A DNA stretch of 43,391 bases from Nitriliruptoraceae bacterium (GTDB taxonomy: Bacteria; Actinomycetota; Nitriliruptoria; Nitriliruptorales; Nitriliruptoraceae): contig JBBDVU010000031.1 in the NCBI GenBank assembly GCA_040903225.1, positions 1 to 43,391 on the forward strand, written 5' to 3'. The translations under genes and the position numbers were made by a program. The first letter of the stretch is position 1; every line of letters begins with the position of its first letter. Of the stretch, positions 35,202 to 43,391 are shown one piece after another. The notes under the pieces are model-generated. The model was not told the DNA's origin. It worked only from the letters and a program-made list of their open reading frames with translations, and searched no databases.

Positions 35202-35870
35202 TCACAAACCGCTGATGCGCACACCCGAATGGGCTTTGTGTCGCCTATTGATGGCGATTAACACCGCGGTGAATGCCTCAAGTTCGCGGGCATAGGCCAG
35301 CGGCCCAACGTGCAGTCCGCCAATGGTGGACACGGCGTTGGCGAGCGCCAGCGTTGTGTCCACAGCATCGTTGTCATCGCCGGCCACCAGGACCGTCTGG
35401 TTGTTGACTTCCGCGTCGCTGCGCGTCGTGATCAGATGCGACGCTGATACATGGTGGAACGACGCTGCCACCTTGCGAGCACCGGTGACGGCGGCCACTT
35501 GTTCGGCGGCGCTGCCCTCCGCGACCGCCAGTGGTCGCGGACCGCTCGGACCGAATGTCAGCGGGTTGGCGCAACTGATCACGATCTTGTCACTGATGTC
35601 AGGGAGGTCGGCCAACGTCGAGGCCTGACCGTCGAACGGGACGGCGACAACGACCACCGCGGCCTGCTCGACCGCCTGCGCATTGACTGCGCCGCGTACT
35701 GCCGAGCCTTGAGGTAACTGTGCGGTCAGTTCTGCCGCGATTTGCTGGGCGCGTTCAGGGTCGCGTGAGCCGATGGTCACGTCGTGGTGGTGCAGGGCGA
35801 ACCGAAACGCCAGGCCCTTGCCTTGCGGTCCGGTGCCGCCCACGATGGCAATGGGCGATGCGATCGTCAC
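35202..35870 (-). CDS. NADPH-dependent F420 reductase (NpdG/Fno family)
   Basis: N-terminal Rossmann motif IAIVGGTGPQGKGLAFRFA...IGSRDPERAQ and a length of about 220 aa, typical of the family. Lies 5 nt downstream of the DivIVA paralogue 2 stop. Confidence 0.7.
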   Translation of the reverse strand: MTIASPIAIVGGTGPQGKGLAFRFALHHHDVTIGSRDPERAQQIAAELTAQLPQGSAVRGAVNAQAVEQAAVVVVAVPFDGQASTLADLPDISDKIVISCANPLTFGPSGPRPLAVAEGSAAEQVAAVTGARKVAASFHHVSASHLITTRSDAEVNNQTVLVAGDDNDAVDTTLALANAVSTIGGLHVGPLAYARELEAFTAVLIAINRRHKAHSGVRISGL

Positions 35871-35875
35871 AGGTA

Positions 35876-37030
35876 TTACTCGAAGGTTGCGCGGCGTGGT
35901 TTGGGCTTTGCGTCGGGCCCTGGCCCCTCGGGCACGTTTTCGGCGCGTGACTCAGCCTGCTGGCTCTCGGTGTCATCGTGACCGGCGGGCCTGTCGTCAG
36001 CGTCGGCGTTCGGGTGACGTGGGGGCAGGCTAGCTTCTCCGAGCTGTTCGAAGACACGCTCGACGAATCCTTCGGCGCGCTGGACCGGTTCGCCGAACCG
36101 CCACAGCATTCCGGACAGGTTGCGCACCTGGTCCATCGTTTCGCTGACCTGCTGGAACGATGTGCTGAATTCCTGGCGGAGAACGCGCAGCGAATCGACG
36201 ATCTGCTGGAGTTCTTCGCGCTGGCTGTCGAGTTCTTCGCGCAATTGCTTGCGGTGCTCGGCAATCGTTTGCCGGATCTGTTCGTAACGTTCCTCGGCCG
36301 CTTTCAGAATGGTCTTGGCCTGTTTGTCCGCATCAGCCACGATTGTGTCGGCCTGGCGCTGTGCATCGGTGACCAGTGTCTCAGCCCGCCGCTGGGAGTC
36401 GGCCATCAGCGCGTCCGAACGTTCGTTGGCATCGGTCAAGATGATCTTGGCCCTGCGTTCGGATTCGTCGACGGTGGTCGATGCGCGCTGGTTCGCGTCG
36501 TCAACTAGATTCTCGGCTTTCTCCTTGGCCTCGTCCAGCGCCTGCTTTGCGGAACCAAGCAGTTCGTCACGTTCTTGCTGAACGGCTTGACGCACGGCGG
36601 CGGCATTGGCTGCCGCGGCCTCTTCGACTGCGGCAGCTCGGGCTTTGGCTGCCCGTACCAGATGACTGGTTTCGTCGGAGGCAAGGACGAGCAGTTCGGC
36701 TTCATCGAGTTCGTGGAGCATTGGCCGCTTCATCGCATTGATCAGTCGCTCTTGCTGATCAGCGACCGTCTGCTCGAGGTCCTGAATACGTTGGTTCGCG
36801 GTGCGAATCGCCGCGTCGACTTCATCACGGTCATAGCCGCGCCGCCCGACATTGAAGTCTGCCCGGATCGCGCCACCCGCTGCCGAGCTCGGCGCTGTGT
36901 CAGCGGCTGGCGCATCGGGCGCGGATGCGGCGTCAGACGCAGTCTCCCGTGCGCGTTCGTCAACAGCGGTTGCAGTATGCGTGCCGCCGGATTCGGCCGA
37001 CACCGGTTGCTGATCGTCGGATGCCATCAT
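35876..37030 (-). CDS. DivIVA-domain protein with shorter hendecad-repeat region (paralogue 2)
   Basis: DivIVA N-domain (FNVGRRGYDRDEVDAAIRTANQRIQDLE). About 6-7 11-aa repeats (LVTDAQRQADT type). The C-terminal strings RYEQ, SQREELQ, LRQEFS, TMDQV and RFGEPVQRAEG are shared with paralogue 1. GGAG Shine-Dalgarno sequence before ATGATG at 37030. Confidence 0.8.
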   Translation of the reverse strand: MMASDDQQPVSAESGGTHTATAVDERARETASDAASAPDAPAADTAPSSAAGGAIRADFNVGRRGYDRDEVDAAIRTANQRIQDLEQTVADQQERLINAMKRPMLHELDEAELLVLASDETSHLVRAAKARAAAVEEAAAANAAAVRQAVQQERDELLGSAKQALDEAKEKAENLVDDANQRASTTVDESERRAKIILTDANERSDALMADSQRRAETLVTDAQRQADTIVADADKQAKTILKAAEERYEQIRQTIAEHRKQLREELDSQREELQQIVDSLRVLRQEFSTSFQQVSETMDQVRNLSGMLWRFGEPVQRAEGFVERVFEQLGEASLPPRHPNADADDRPAGHDDTESQQAESRAENVPEGPGPDAKPKPRRATFE

Positions 37031-37345
37031 TGTCTCCTGCCGCCCACTCGGATCCATCGCTAGAAATCGACCGTGCGCTGCCGCATATTGCCGGACAGAA
37101 CCGGGTGTCAGCGTGCTGCAACGCACACCGAACAGCGTTCGTGGACGGCGTGTCGCCGCTCCCAGAACCACCCAGCACCCACCATCGGTCGATGGTTGGG
37201 GTCAGACTCAATTGGTAGCAATGCGACAACGTAACATCCGAACAACCAAAACTGAATCGCGAATTTGGTTGGCAGGGTCGAAATCAGCCGTTCTGACAGC
37301 GCTACCATCGCTGGCGCCGTCCGGGTTGTGCCGCTGGGAGATGCC

Positions 37346-37612
37346 ATGCCGCGAGTCGCTGTCGATGTCCTGTTGAAGCGGGAAATTCTGGATCCGCAGG
37401 GGCGTGCGGTCGAGCGGGCGCTGCCGGGCCTGGACTTTCACGGCGTTTCAGAGGTGCGCGTGGGCAAGCATCTCGAGTTGGAAGTCGATGCCTCAGACAC
37501 TGATCTCGCCGCTGTTGTCGAGCGGATGTGCCACGAGTTCCTGACGAACCCCGTCATCGAGTCATATCGGTGGCGGGTCATCTCTGAGGATGAGCGTGCC
37601 GATCAGCGGTAG
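37346..37612 (+). CDS. purS: FGAM synthase subunit PurS
   Basis: MPRVAVDVLLKREILDPQGRAVERAL...VRVGKHLELEV is canonical PurS (about 88 aa). The start is the internal ATG of track ORF 37265..37612. Confidence 0.9.
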   Translation: MPRVAVDVLLKREILDPQGRAVERALPGLDFHGVSEVRVGKHLELEVDASDTDLAAVVERMCHEFLTNPVIESYRWRVISEDERADQR

Positions 37613-37625
37613 GCCGCGGCAGCGT

Positions 37626-38345
37626 ATGTCGAATCTTCCGACGCTCGCTACGGGCGAGCCGATCCTTCACCGGTGGTTCGTGATTGCCATGCTCGTGCTT
37701 GCGCCGATTGCAGTTGGCGTCACGATCTGGGCCCTGCTTTCGATCCCCGATGGCACCATTCCCCCTGCTGCGCGCCGCCCTCCTGGTGACGGCATGGTGA
37801 CCATCGAACGCGGCGACGCGCAGCTGGCCGAAACGACGGACACCGAACCTGGCCGGGGTTGCGGCGAGAACATCATGCTGGTCGGCGACTCCGGGTCGCG
37901 AGCAGCCGCCCGACGCGCCTTGGGCGCTGCCTGTCAGCTGGTTGCGACCGGCGCGTTTCCGCAGGCGGCCACCGGGCTGCAGGAGTGGATCGCTGCAAAT
38001 GGCCAGCTGCGCATGGCAACGTTTGAGCGGTCTGGGGTTGACAGTTCAGCGCGAATGGAGTCCGGCACGATTGTGGTCGAACTGAACGCAAAGTTTCTGT
38101 TCGAAGATGCGACCCGGGCCGCTCCAACACTGCTGCACCAGTTGGTCCTCATCTCCGACGACCGTTGGCCGGGCGAGGTTGTCGGTGCCACGACCGAACT
38201 TGGCGCCGCGCGAGTCCAGCTGGAGGCGTGCGAGCGACTCACGTTTGTCGATAGTCCACCCCGCGGGTGTGGCGATGTGGCCGAACTGCTGGCACTGGAT
38301 GACCCACGACAACAGTTGATCGCGGCTGGTTTTCGTGGCGATTGA
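37626..38345 (+). CDS. Hypothetical single-pass membrane-anchored protein inserted between purS and purQ
   Basis: N-terminal TM helix (WFVIAMLVLAPIAVGVTIWALL) followed by a roughly 190-aa domain with four Cys. No motif I recognise. GTG 37590 is an alternative start. Confidence 0.55.
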   Translation: MSNLPTLATGEPILHRWFVIAMLVLAPIAVGVTIWALLSIPDGTIPPAARRPPGDGMVTIERGDAQLAETTDTEPGRGCGENIMLVGDSGSRAAARRALGAACQLVATGAFPQAATGLQEWIAANGQLRMATFERSGVDSSARMESGTIVVELNAKFLFEDATRAAPTLLHQLVLISDDRWPGEVVGATTELGAARVQLEACERLTFVDSPPRGCGDVAELLALDDPRQQLIAAGFRGD

Positions 38346-38421
38346 CGCCGTCCGCTACCCAACTGCGCATTCGATGCGCTGTGGTGACGCGCCGGTGAGA
38401 CCCGAAGTGAGGAATTGACTG

Positions 38422-39105
38422 ATGGCGAAACGCGTGGGGATTGTGCAGTTTCCCGGCACGCTGGACGACCATGACGCCAGCGCTGCCGTCGAACATTGCG
38501 GCGGCGCAGCCGAGACGCTGTGGCACGACCGGGCAACCATCGGCAGTGTTGACGCGGTAATTCTGCCGGGCGGCTTCAGCTACGGCGACTATCTGCGATG
38601 CGGCGCTATCGCCCATCATTCGCCGATTATGGCGGCGATCAGGGCGTTCGCGCGCGACGGCGGGCCGGTGCTTGGAATCTGCAACGGTTTCCAAGTGTTG
38701 TGCGAGTCGGGCATGCTCCCAGGAGCGCTGCTGGAGAACGATCAGCTGCGGTTTGTGTGCCGTTCGGTGCCGATGAGCGTCGAGCGGGTCGACACCCCGT
38801 GGACGTCCAGCTACGCGCAAGGCCAGCAGATCACCGTCCCGGTCAAGCACGGTCAGGGACGCTATTTCGCGCCCGAGGACACGCTTGACCAATTGGAAGC
38901 CGACGGGCGGATCGTCGTGCGCTACGCGCAGGGCCACAATCCGAATGGATCGAGCAGAGACATCGCCGGTGTGTGTTCAAGAGAAGGCAACGTTGTCGGC
39001 CTCATGCCGCATCCAGAACATGCGGTCGACGGCACGCTCGTCGGTGGCGAAGACGGACGCGGGTTCTTCGAGTCACTGCTCGCTGTCGGCGTGCGCGCGG
39101 TGTGA
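38422..39105 (+). CDS. purQ: FGAM synthase glutamine amidotransferase subunit PurQ
   Basis: Class I GATase triad context: GGFSYGDYLR, ICNGFQVL (nucleophile Cys), MPHPEH. Confidence 0.9.
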   Translation: MAKRVGIVQFPGTLDDHDASAAVEHCGGAAETLWHDRATIGSVDAVILPGGFSYGDYLRCGAIAHHSPIMAAIRAFARDGGPVLGICNGFQVLCESGMLPGALLENDQLRFVCRSVPMSVERVDTPWTSSYAQGQQITVPVKHGQGRYFAPEDTLDQLEADGRIVVRYAQGHNPNGSSRDIAGVCSREGNVVGLMPHPEHAVDGTLVGGEDGRGFFESLLAVGVRAV

Positions 39106-39109
39106 TGCG

Positions 39110-39286
39110 TCAGTGCGAACGCTGCGCCTTGCGCTGATTGCGTTGGTGGACGAACAGGCTCAGATGGGCGGCGATACCGAGGCCGAGAACGGCAGCAGGC
39201 ACCCACATCCCCTGTGTTGCCAGGATTAACGCGGCGACAAGTGCGCACAGCACCAGGACGGCGCGTAGTGCGTTGAGGGCGTCCAC
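39110..39286 (-). CDS. Unannotated 58-codon two-TM ORF, antisense-oriented between purQ and purL
   Basis: GTG start preceded by GGAG at 6 nt and by an in-frame TGA. Translation: MDALNALRAVLVLCALVAALILATQGMWVPAAVLGLGIAAHLSLFVHQRNQRKAQRSH, with a basic C-terminal tail. Below the track's size cut-off. Confidence 0.45.
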   Translation of the reverse strand: MDALNALRAVLVLCALVAALILATQGMWVPAAVLGLGIAAHLSLFVHQRNQRKAQRSH

Positions 39287-39475
39287 ACATCACTCCGATG
39301 GGTCGGGTGTGACCTAAGCAGCTGGCACCACGCCGGCAAATTGCTGGATTGGCACGGCCGAAGCCGCCTGTCGGGAGGGTAACAACAGTTGGACGGCCAC
39401 CGAACGCGGATTGGCCGGTGGCTTGACCGCGAGAAGTAGGATTGCCGCGAACGCGACGCGACTGGAGCAACCGCC

Positions 39476-41791
39476 ATTTCCACTGACCTACGGTTTCCCG
39501 CAAACGAGGAACTCGAGCCGGCACGCGCCCGTGCGCTCGGCACGGAGCTCGGGCTGACCTCGGAAGAATTCGACCGGATTGTCGAAACGCTCGGACGTAT
39601 CCCGACGCTGTCCGAGCTTGGGATGTACTCGGTCATGTGGTCCGAACACTGCTCGTACAAGTCGTCGAAAATCCATTTGCGCCAGCTGTCGTCAAGCGCA
39701 CCGTGGGTCATAGCGGGGCCCGGTGAGAACGCCGGTGTGGTCGATGTTGGTGGCGGTTTTGCCGTTGCTTTCAAGATCGAATCACACAACCACCCGAGTT
39801 TTGTTGAGCCGTACCAAGGTGCAGCGACCGGGGTGGGTGGGATTCTGCGCGACATCTTCACCATGGGTGCCCGGCCGATTGCCGTCATGGATCCGCTGCG
39901 GTTCGGTGACCCTGGCGGGTGGATCGACGGAACTGGCAAGGCGCGTCCGGTTGACACGTTGCAGCGGCGATTGCTCGATGGGGTGGTCCGTGGTGTGGGT
40001 GGTTACGGCAACTGCGTGGGTGTGCCCAATATTGGTGGTGAGCTTGTATTCGACGACACCTATGCGGGAAATCCGCTCGTAAACGTGCTGGCGATCGGTG
40101 TCATGCGCAAAGAACGGCTGCAGCTTGCCAGGGCGCAGGCTGCGGGTGACGTGGCCGTCTTGCTCGGTAGCGCCACGGGACGCGATGGCATCGGCGGGGC
40201 GTCGGTGCTGGCCAGCCAAGAGTTCGATGAAGGACTTGACGACAAACGGCCCAACGTGCAGGTCGGGGATCCGTTCGCCGAGAAACAGTTGATCGAATGC
40301 TGCCTCGAACTATACGAACGTGAATTGATCTCAGGCATCCAAGACATGGGTGCCGCGGGCATCGCTTGTTCGACCTCCGAACTGGCGGCCGCAGCCGACA
40401 TGGGTATGCGGGTGGACCTCGATCGCGTGCAGTTGCGTGAGCCGACGATGGAATCGTGGGAAATTCTGTGTTCGGAGTCCCAGGAGCGCATGCTCGCGCT
40501 GGTTGCCAAGGACAAGCTCGACGAGGTGCTGGAGATCGCCCAGCGGTGGGGTGTTCCCGCCGTGATGATCGGTGAAGTGACCGACGGCGACCGGCTTGAA
40601 TTGTTCCGAGGCGGGCAACAAGTCGCCGATGTACCTGCCCGGTCCCTCGCTGACGAAGGACCGGTCTATGACCGGCCAACCAAGCGCCCCGCATGGCTCG
40701 ACGACTATCGACGAATCGACGCTGAATCACTCGATGCCGTGACGCTGGCGTCCGCGCATCATCCAACCGGTGGTGCTGCGCTCAACACCCTGGTGTTGCG
40801 GTTCTTGGCATCGCCCAACATCACCTCAGCACGCTGGGCAACCAGCCAATATGACCAGTTCGTTCGCTCGGGAACCGTGCTGGCGCCGCTGATGGCGGAC
40901 GCTGGAGTCGTCCGCATCGCAGGCACCCGCCGGGCCGTGGCGTGCTCTACAGACGGCAACGGCCGCTGGTGCGAGCTTGACCCCGACGAAGGCACCCGTC
41001 GTATCGTCGCCGAAGCGTTCCGCAACGTCGCCTGTGTCGGGGCGCGACCCGTTGCCACCACCAACTGCCTGAACTTCGGCAATCCTGAGCGTCCCGAGAT
41101 CATGTGGCAGCTGGCGACGTCGATCACTGCACTCGATGAAGCGACACGTGCGCTCGGCATTCCGGTCACGGGCGGCAATGTGTCCCTGTACAACGAGACC
41201 AGTGGTCGCGCGATCTACCCGACGCCGGTTGTTGGCGTGCTTGGCGTCATCGACGACGTCGACGATGTGATCGACATGGGATTCGAAGACGACGGCGACG
41301 TGTTGTTTCTGCTTGGTTCGCCGACAGTTGCCGGCCTGGCCGGCAGCGAATTCCAGCGTTTTGTCGACGCACCGTTAGGCGGTGAGCTGGCACCGGTGGA
41401 TCTCGAAATTGAAGCTGCGATCGGCGAGGTTCTGAGCATGGCGGCCCAGCAGCGGCTGCTGCACTCCGCGCACGACATCTCGGTGGGTGGCCTGCTAGCG
41501 GCAATCGCAGACAGTTGTGTCGCTGGAGACATTGGTGTCGAGGTGCAACTGGACGATTCATTGCCAGTGACGCAACACCTGTTCAGCGAATCGCCGGGCC
41601 GGGTGCTCGTCAGCGTTGCGCCGAGCGACGTACGGGCATTCGCGCAATTGTGTGGCGATGCCGAACTACCCGTACGCGATATCGGAACGGTCACAGGAAC
41701 GCGACTGATCATTGCCGACGTTGTTGATCTGCCGGTGGACGACGTCATCGAAGCGCTCGACCACGGCTTGGCGCACCTCATCGACGGCTGA
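39476..41791 (+). CDS. purL: FGAM synthase large subunit PurL; 5' end uncertain (no canonical start upstream of the conserved N-terminal region)
   Basis: The track ORF starts at MYSVMWSEHCSYKSSK (39623). The in-frame upstream sequence encodes the conserved PurL N-terminus (LGLTSEEFDRIVETLGRIPTLSELG). ATT at 39476 follows GGAG at 8 nt. The end at 41791 is firm. Confidence 0.85.
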   Translation: MSTDLRFPANEELEPARARALGTELGLTSEEFDRIVETLGRIPTLSELGMYSVMWSEHCSYKSSKIHLRQLSSSAPWVIAGPGENAGVVDVGGGFAVAFKIESHNHPSFVEPYQGAATGVGGILRDIFTMGARPIAVMDPLRFGDPGGWIDGTGKARPVDTLQRRLLDGVVRGVGGYGNCVGVPNIGGELVFDDTYAGNPLVNVLAIGVMRKERLQLARAQAAGDVAVLLGSATGRDGIGGASVLASQEFDEGLDDKRPNVQVGDPFAEKQLIECCLELYERELISGIQDMGAAGIACSTSELAAAADMGMRVDLDRVQLREPTMESWEILCSESQERMLALVAKDKLDEVLEIAQRWGVPAVMIGEVTDGDRLELFRGGQQVADVPARSLADEGPVYDRPTKRPAWLDDYRRIDAESLDAVTLASAHHPTGGAALNTLVLRFLASPNITSARWATSQYDQFVRSGTVLAPLMADAGVVRIAGTRRAVACSTDGNGRWCELDPDEGTRRIVAEAFRNVACVGARPVATTNCLNFGNPERPEIMWQLATSITALDEATRALGIPVTGGNVSLYNETSGRAIYPTPVVGVLGVIDDVDDVIDMGFEDDGDVLFLLGSPTVAGLAGSEFQRFVDAPLGGELAPVDLEIEAAIGEVLSMAAQQRLLHSAHDISVGGLLAAIADSCVAGDIGVEVQLDDSLPVTQHLFSESPGRVLVSVAPSDVRAFAQLCGDAELPVRDIGTVTGTRLIIADVVDLPVDDVIEALDHGLAHLIDG

Positions 41792-41841
41792 CGTGTCTGG
41801 CGGCAGTACAGTGCACCTACCGGCAAGCAAGGACACCGACG

Positions 41842-43302
41842 GTGAACCAGGCACGACCGACGGTCTCGTATTTCGACACGCTCGACGACCAGCCTCGTGA
41901 AGAATGCGGTGTCTTCGGGGTGTTCGCCCCAGGCGAAGACGTCGCCACGTTGACGTATTTCGGGTTGTACGCGCTCCAACATCGCGGCCAGGAGTCGGCT
42001 GGCATTGCCGTATCCGATGGCCGCCGGATCGTCGTGCACAAAGACATGGGCCTCGTCAACCAGGTGTTCACCGAAACTTCGCTGGCGGCACTACAGGGCA
42101 GTCTGGCGATCGGCCATTGCCGGTATTCGACGACCGGGTCTTCATCGTGGCAGCACGCACAGCCGCAGTACCAGGAAACCCCAACCGGCGGGGGCATTGC
42201 GCTTGGCCATAACGGCAACTTGGTCAACACGGCCGAACTGGCCCGCAGCATCGACAAGCCGCCAACCAACGATTCTGCACTGATGGCGATGCTGGTGGCC
42301 CAGCAGGTCGATGTGAGCCTCGACGAGTCGATCGTGCGCGCGGCCCAACGATTCTCGGGCGCCTACTCGGTAGTGTTGATGGATGAGTCGCGTATCTACG
42401 CGTTCCGTGACCCCAACGGCTTCCGTCCTTTGCAGATCGGCCGGTTGCCAGCGGGCGGCTGGCTGGTGGCGTCCGAAAGCGCGGCGATCGACATTGTCGG
42501 CGGCGTGCTGGTCCGCGATGTCGAGCCGGGCGAACTGGTGATTATTGACGAAGACGGCCTGCATAGCCGCAAGTTCGCCGAGCCAACGACGTCATTCTGT
42601 CTGTTCGAATGGGTGTATCTGGCCCGGCCGGACCACCGCCAGGACGGCGGCAGCGTGCTGTACGCCCGTCGGCAAATGGGCCGCCAGCTGGCCCGCGAGG
42701 CGCCAGCCGATGCCGATGTCGTCATACCTGTCCCCGAGGCGGGGCGGGATGCGGCCGCGGGATACGCCGCCGAATCAGGGATCGAATTCGCGGACGGTTT
42801 GGTCAAGAACCGGTACGTCGGACGGACGTTTATCCAGCCCACCCAATCGTTGCGTCAGATGGGCATTCGACTGAAGCTCTCGCCCGTGCGCGAAATTGTC
42901 GAAGGCCGCCGTCTGGTCGTCGTCGATGATTCGATCGTCCGTGGCAACACCGCGCGACAGCTCGTGGCGATGCTTCGCGCCGCAGGCGCCGCCGAAGTCC
43001 ATCTGCGGATCACCTCACCGCCAATTGCGCACCCGTGTTACTTCGGCATCGACATGGCGTCCCGGGCGGAACTCATCGGGGCCGATCTTGACGTCGACGC
43101 CATCTGCGCATTCATCGAGGCCGATTCTTTGCACTACATCTCGCTCGACGGACTGGTCGACTCAGTGCCTACGGCCGCGCCGGCGCTATGCACCGCGTGC
43201 TTCACCGGGGACTATCCCATTGACGTTCCACGCGAACACGAACAGCTTGCCCAGGTCAAGTTTGACTTCGAGGCGCTGTCCACCGGTCGCGACCGTGCTT
43301 GA
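41842..43302 (+). CDS. purF: Amidophosphoribosyltransferase
   Basis: Ntn-type catalytic Cys after a short propeptide (PREECGVFGV). PRTase motif (LVVVDDSIVRGNT). C-terminal Cys residues of the Fe-S type (CYFGIDM, CTACFTGDYP). Confidence 0.9.
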   Translation: MNQARPTVSYFDTLDDQPREECGVFGVFAPGEDVATLTYFGLYALQHRGQESAGIAVSDGRRIVVHKDMGLVNQVFTETSLAALQGSLAIGHCRYSTTGSSSWQHAQPQYQETPTGGGIALGHNGNLVNTAELARSIDKPPTNDSALMAMLVAQQVDVSLDESIVRAAQRFSGAYSVVLMDESRIYAFRDPNGFRPLQIGRLPAGGWLVASESAAIDIVGGVLVRDVEPGELVIIDEDGLHSRKFAEPTTSFCLFEWVYLARPDHRQDGGSVLYARRQMGRQLAREAPADADVVIPVPEAGRDAAAGYAAESGIEFADGLVKNRYVGRTFIQPTQSLRQMGIRLKLSPVREIVEGRRLVVVDDSIVRGNTARQLVAMLRAAGAAEVHLRITSPPIAHPCYFGIDMASRAELIGADLDVDAICAFIEADSLHYISLDGLVDSVPTAAPALCTACFTGDYPIDVPREHEQLAQVKFDFEALSTGRDRA

Positions 43303-43391
43303 CGGCTGCAGTGCTTGACGTATGCCGCGGATCGAACGTTGGGTCCTAGCGCTGCGTTGTTGCGACACCGGTGCGCTGGGTAGACACCGGC

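Noticed and set aside
35197-35209. Perfect 13-bp palindrome GTTTGTCACAAAC, centred on the stop codon of the F420 reductase gene.
   Set aside because: It is a single occurrence in the window, too short for a stable terminator hairpin (1-nt loop), and has no second copy to support an operator call.
37195-37310. tRNA-like fragments in the divergent region before purS: TCAATTGGTAGCA (D-loop-like), GGGTCGAAATC (T-loop-like), and a GTCAGA...TCTGAC pairing.
   Set aside because: The paired ends are about 100 nt apart. I could not fold a D-stem, anticodon stem or a 5-bp T-stem with a 7-nt loop, and no CCA or discriminator context is present. At best this is a degenerate remnant, and more likely chance.
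1-43391. Search for mobile elements, prophage or defence-system hallmarks: integrase, transposase, terminal inverted repeats, toxin-antitoxin pairs, restriction/helicase/nuclease ORFs, cas genes.
   Set aside because: None of the ORF translations shows such motifs. The window reads as core respiratory, cofactor and nucleotide metabolism, with the oxidase cluster as the only accessory-looking block.

Overview
High-GC, actinobacterial-type chromosomal segment. I found no rRNA or tRNA genes, CRISPR array, transposase or integrase. All calls rest on reading the supplied translations and sequence; no searches were run.

Gene order:
- (1) The 3' part of a qcr-type cytochrome bc operon: Rieske protein, dihaem cytochrome c, and a translationally coupled membrane protein.
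- (2) System II cytochrome c maturation: resA-ccdA-resB-ccsB.
- (3) Menaquinone biosynthesis: menE divergent from menB-menA-menC-menD.
- (4) A signalling block: membrane GGDEF cyclase, an AraC-type HTH-only remnant, and a REC-histidine kinase hybrid.
- (5) XdhC-family factor and a 3-Cys Rrf2 regulator.
- (6) A minus-strand operon: lipoprotein cupredoxin, HemY-like FAD oxidase, radical SAM/SPASM enzyme.
- (7) Divergent from (6), a tightly packed nine-gene plus-strand respiratory cluster: ctaA, an unannotated 50-codon TM ORF, CuA subunit II, ba3-like subunit I, ctaB, a His-rich exported/membrane protein, a second lipoprotein cupredoxin, an ArsR-type regulator and a polytopic membrane protein.
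- (8) An LCP-family protein and a pirin.
- (9) Two DivIVA-domain paralogues with 11-residue repeat arrays flanking an F420-dependent NADP reductase.
- (10) purS-(orf)-purQ-(antisense small ORF)-purL-purF.

Most interesting observations:
- The ba3-like haem-copper oxidase subunit I keeps all six metal-ligand histidines. The His-cross-linked catalytic tyrosine is replaced by glutamine (GHGAQQ where ba3 has GHPIVY), which is a NOR-like signature.
- This enzyme sits in a self-contained cluster with haem O/A synthases, two cupredoxins and uncharacterised membrane proteins.
- A near-identical AT-rich quasi-palindrome lies in front of both cupredoxin genes.
- The neighbouring HemY-like plus AhbD/NirJ-like radical SAM pair suggests an unusual haem-maturation route.

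Coordinates that I derived by hand (small ORFs, motifs, refined starts) were anchored on ORF-track boundaries, but they should be treated as accurate only to within a few nucleotides.
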